Positions 61,492 through 64,000 of a stretch of 64,000 nt of DNA are shown here, in pieces. The translations under genes and the position numbers were made by a program. Origin of the DNA: an uncultured virus (IMG/VR IMGVR_UViG_3300028372_000001). Lineage: Duplodnaviria > Heunggongvirae > Uroviricota > Caudoviricetes. The stretch's first letter is position 1. Each line of letters starts with the position of its first letter. A model generated the notes under the pieces. It made no database searches. It was not told the DNA's origin and saw only the letters and a list, made by a program, of their open reading frames with translations. The stretch is taken from IMG/VR virus record IMGVR_UViG_3300028372_000001. One strand, given 5' to 3'.

Positions 61492-61980
61492 TCAGCTGGT
61501 AATGAAGTAGTCTCGGAAGGTCGGCCAAAACTCCAAACCCAGAGCCTTGACTTCAGGTTTGAGGTCTACCCCGGCGTCAATGATCCAGTAGGCTTCATCA
61601 AGGTCAAGGTCTGCTGACGAACCACAGTCTCCGGCTTGCATACACCACAGACCAATGGTTACACCAGTACGCTCTTTGAAGGCGTCAGTGACGACATCGA
61701 GAGCTTCCACAGCCTCTTCATAGACCATCTGTTTGTATTCGATTTCGCTCATTTCATAAAGCTGTGGGATGGGCTCACTGTCATCGTCTTCGGTTTCGAT
61801 TTCCATGGCGTCCAGAGCCTGCTCATCATCACCTTGATGTACGGCATTTGCCCACATACCAAGATTGATGCTGTAGCGATCCACCAGTTTGTTGAAGTGT
61901 GCAAATTCTTCGGGGACGTGTTTTTCAAGCAGTTCTTTGGGCAACACATTGACGAAGCCCGGATAGGTTCCAATACCCAT
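61492..61980 (-). CDS. Acidic hypothetical protein
   Basis: ORF. Confidence 0.5.
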   Translation of the reverse strand: MGIGTYPGFVNVLPKELLEKHVPEEFAHFNKLVDRYSINLGMWANAVHQGDDEQALDAMEIETEDDDSEPIPQLYEMSEIEYKQMVYEEAVEALDVVTDAFKERTGVTIGLWCMQAGDCGSSADLDLDEAYWIIDAGVDLKPEVKALGLEFWPTFRDYFITS

Positions 61981-62408
61981 AACAGTTTTCCAAGAGGTTG
62001 TTTGATGTACCCGTCGGCACATGCATACTCTAGGAGAACTGCGATGGAAAGTCAAGCAGGGCGGGGGAGGACAGTACCCTGCGAGGAAGGTGGGTAGTAC
62101 CCAGTCTCCCCCGACCCCTCTTTACCCTGCTTAGCTCACCAACCCCTTGGAGAGGTACTACGTGTCAATCCAGTCGGTGGTACCGTCATAAGTCGTGTCC
62201 GGCTCGCTCGAAGCTTTCAGTTCGCGAACGACTTCACCGTCGTGGTCAATGATCAGAATCGTTCTCCACCCACCGTAGCGCTTGTACAACCTATTGGCCA
62301 CCACTTCAGCCTGCGGAAAGTTTTCAAATAATAGCCCATCCACGTGGAACATGTTCATTACTCCGTGTTGATGTACGTATAGTATAGTACTGCACGGAAC
62401 TGCTGGTG

Positions 62409-62954
62409 TCAACTGCCCACCAGCGCCCGTGCGGCTTCCATTTCAGCCTCATACAACTTCACTGCGAGGCTACCATACTTGCTGCCCCTGAATGCTTCCG
62501 TGAACAGGGTGCTGAATGTAGCATCCTCGGTCACATACATGGACAGCTTCCGTACATTTTCGGTCCTGAGACCAGTCCGAAGGTTGGCAATCCGGTCTGC
62601 CATCTTGACCGTCAGTGCATCGATTCGAACAACATCCCTTGATGCAAAACTAATGCCCCTCATCCTGAACATGAACTCGGCCTTCCTATCCGCTCTCGTC
62701 GGAAGATCAGCATCAGTGATGAGAGCAACCGTGTCGCCAACCGTGATGCCGAATCTGGTCCTAACATCCGTAATGGTGGCATCAGTGTCTTCTACCACAT
62801 CATGCAACCATCCAACGGTGATCAGGTGCGATTCCGATTCGACATTAAACTCCATAAGGAGAATGTTGACGACTTCGGCCAGATGCACCACATAGGGTGC
62901 CCCACCATACTTCATATCTTCGTGTACAAACATTGCGAAGGTACTAGCATGCAT
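62409..62954 (-). CDS. HD-domain RelA/SpoT-type hydrolase (small alarmone hydrolase / Mesh1-like)
   Basis: FA...H....Y.G.PY..HL..V, GWLHDVVEDT, V.L.T, VKMADRIANL. Confidence 0.8.
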   Translation of the reverse strand: MHASTFAMFVHEDMKYGGAPYVVHLAEVVNILLMEFNVESESHLITVGWLHDVVEDTDATITDVRTRFGITVGDTVALITDADLPTRADRKAEFMFRMRGISFASRDVVRIDALTVKMADRIANLRTGLRTENVRKLSMYVTEDATFSTLFTEAFRGSKYGSLAVKLYEAEMEAARALVGS

Positions 62955-63261
62955 CGTCTTTCTCCTTGTCGCTGTAGTCCCAACCGCACATGCGGCAGGA
63001 GTAATGAATGAGTGATCCTAACACTCCAATTGGTGCATTGCAAGCAGCACACTGGGGGCAATCCAGACCGTCGTCCATCTCTTCATCCATCATCTCATCC
63101 ATGGCCTTCCACGTTTCTTCTTCTTCCTCTTCACCATCATAGTATTTGGAATACTCCCAACCACATGAGCGGCAGTAGTAGTGAATGGTACATCCTAGCG
63201 TACCCAAGGGGGCGTTGCAAGTACCACACATCGGGCAGTCCAGAGCATCATCTGCCATCAT
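62944..63261 (-). CDS. Double Zn-ribbon protein
   Basis: Two copies of LDCP.C..CNAP.G.LG..IHY.CR.CGW.YS. Confidence 0.65.
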   Translation of the reverse strand: MMADDALDCPMCGTCNAPLGTLGCTIHYYCRSCGWEYSKYYDGEEEEEETWKAMDEMMDEEMDDGLDCPQCAACNAPIGVLGSLIHYSCRMCGWDYSDKEKDDAC

Positions 63262-63592
63262 GGTTGTCTCCGTTTAAGAGTGAAGAGTATACCGGTAATG
63301 TAAAAAATCCACAACAGGGTTGTGATTATATTCTGCCTCGAACCATTCATTGATTTCATGACTCGTAGTAGGAGCAGTCTCGTCACAGAACCCATAAGCA
63401 TCACGAAACATGTTACTCACAATCCCCGGAAACGCAGTGTCAAAATCTAGACCCAACCAACCAGTTTCACCATCCTCGTGTTTGACGAAAAAATAATTGA
63501 GTTCCGACTCGTAGTTGATGTTTTCAATCTCATCTTTGGTGAACATAATGGTTATCTCCGCTTCTAAAGTGTAGAGCATACACGAACCTCAG

Positions 63593-63621
63593 AAAAAGAA
63601 AAGGGGACCGAAGTCCCCTTT
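63593..63621 (-). terminator. Intrinsic terminator
   Basis: ggggac-ttcg-gtcccc followed by a T-run. Confidence 0.8.
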
Positions 63622-63642
63622 CTCAGTGCCACTTGGAGGCAC

Positions 63643-63972
63643 TTAGGTATTGAAGCGCACCGGCCAGACTTCGCGGCTGGAAGCGTTCACATTCGGCCAC
63701 GAACGACCGTCACGGATGCGGGCGATGGTCTCCCGATGCACACCATAGGCCGCACCGATTGCCGTCAGACTCAGGTCGCCGCGATGAATCAGCAGTGCCC
63801 GAATATTCGCCACCTGAACTTCGTTCAGCGTCCCCGAGGTCGAGGCGGGCGTCGGGACAGGTGCGGGAGTGTCCTCATCGAAGTCCTCATCGAAGTCCTC
63901 ATCGAAGTCCTCATCGAGCATATCGAGCACATCATCGATGGAACTTTCATCATTCAAGTCCTCCACGGTCAT
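63643..63972 (-). CDS. HTH protein related to 6207-6572; may extend past the window end
   Basis: LNEVQVANIR...IGAAYGVHRETIARIRDGRSW. Confidence 0.6.
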   Translation of the reverse strand: MTVEDLNDESSIDDVLDMLDEDFDEDFDEDFDEDTPAPVPTPASTSGTLNEVQVANIRALLIHRGDLSLTAIGAAYGVHRETIARIRDGRSWPNVNASSREVWPVRFNT

Positions 63973-64000
63973 GCGAGAGTCGAGTTCCGAATCGACGCCA

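Overview
This window looks like part of a large lytic phage genome, probably a T4-related jumbo myophage. The evidence is an Rnl1-type RNA ligase, a CCA-adding enzyme, tRNAs, TAAATA late-promoter boxes and no bacterial core operons. There are three zones. (1) 1-26.4 kb is AT-rich and holds late or virion-type genes, three tRNAs, auxiliary genes (guaC, ectA, Dps-like, C1 peptidase, sulfotransferase, amidoligase, ART-like) and two tandem paralog clusters. (2) After a tandem-repeat junction at 26.4-26.8 kb comes a GC-rich array (26.8-38 kb) of short minus-strand genes ending in ardC. Almost every gene has its own sigma70 promoter with a conserved leader, and a second promoter family and a shared upstream box are interspersed. 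(3) 38-64 kb holds an IS607-like element carrying a cytosine methyltransferase, a second methyltransferase, and a tRNA/RNA-repair neighbourhood. The most notable feature is a roughly 1.4 kb largely non-coding cluster just upstream of the RNA ligase. It contains two enlarged tRNA-like RNAs (189 and 121 nt, both ending in CCA) and a roughly 690-nt highly base-paired RNA. Several single-base frameshifts and in-frame stops suggest sequence errors or gene decay. All protein calls come from motif recognition by eye; no searches were run.
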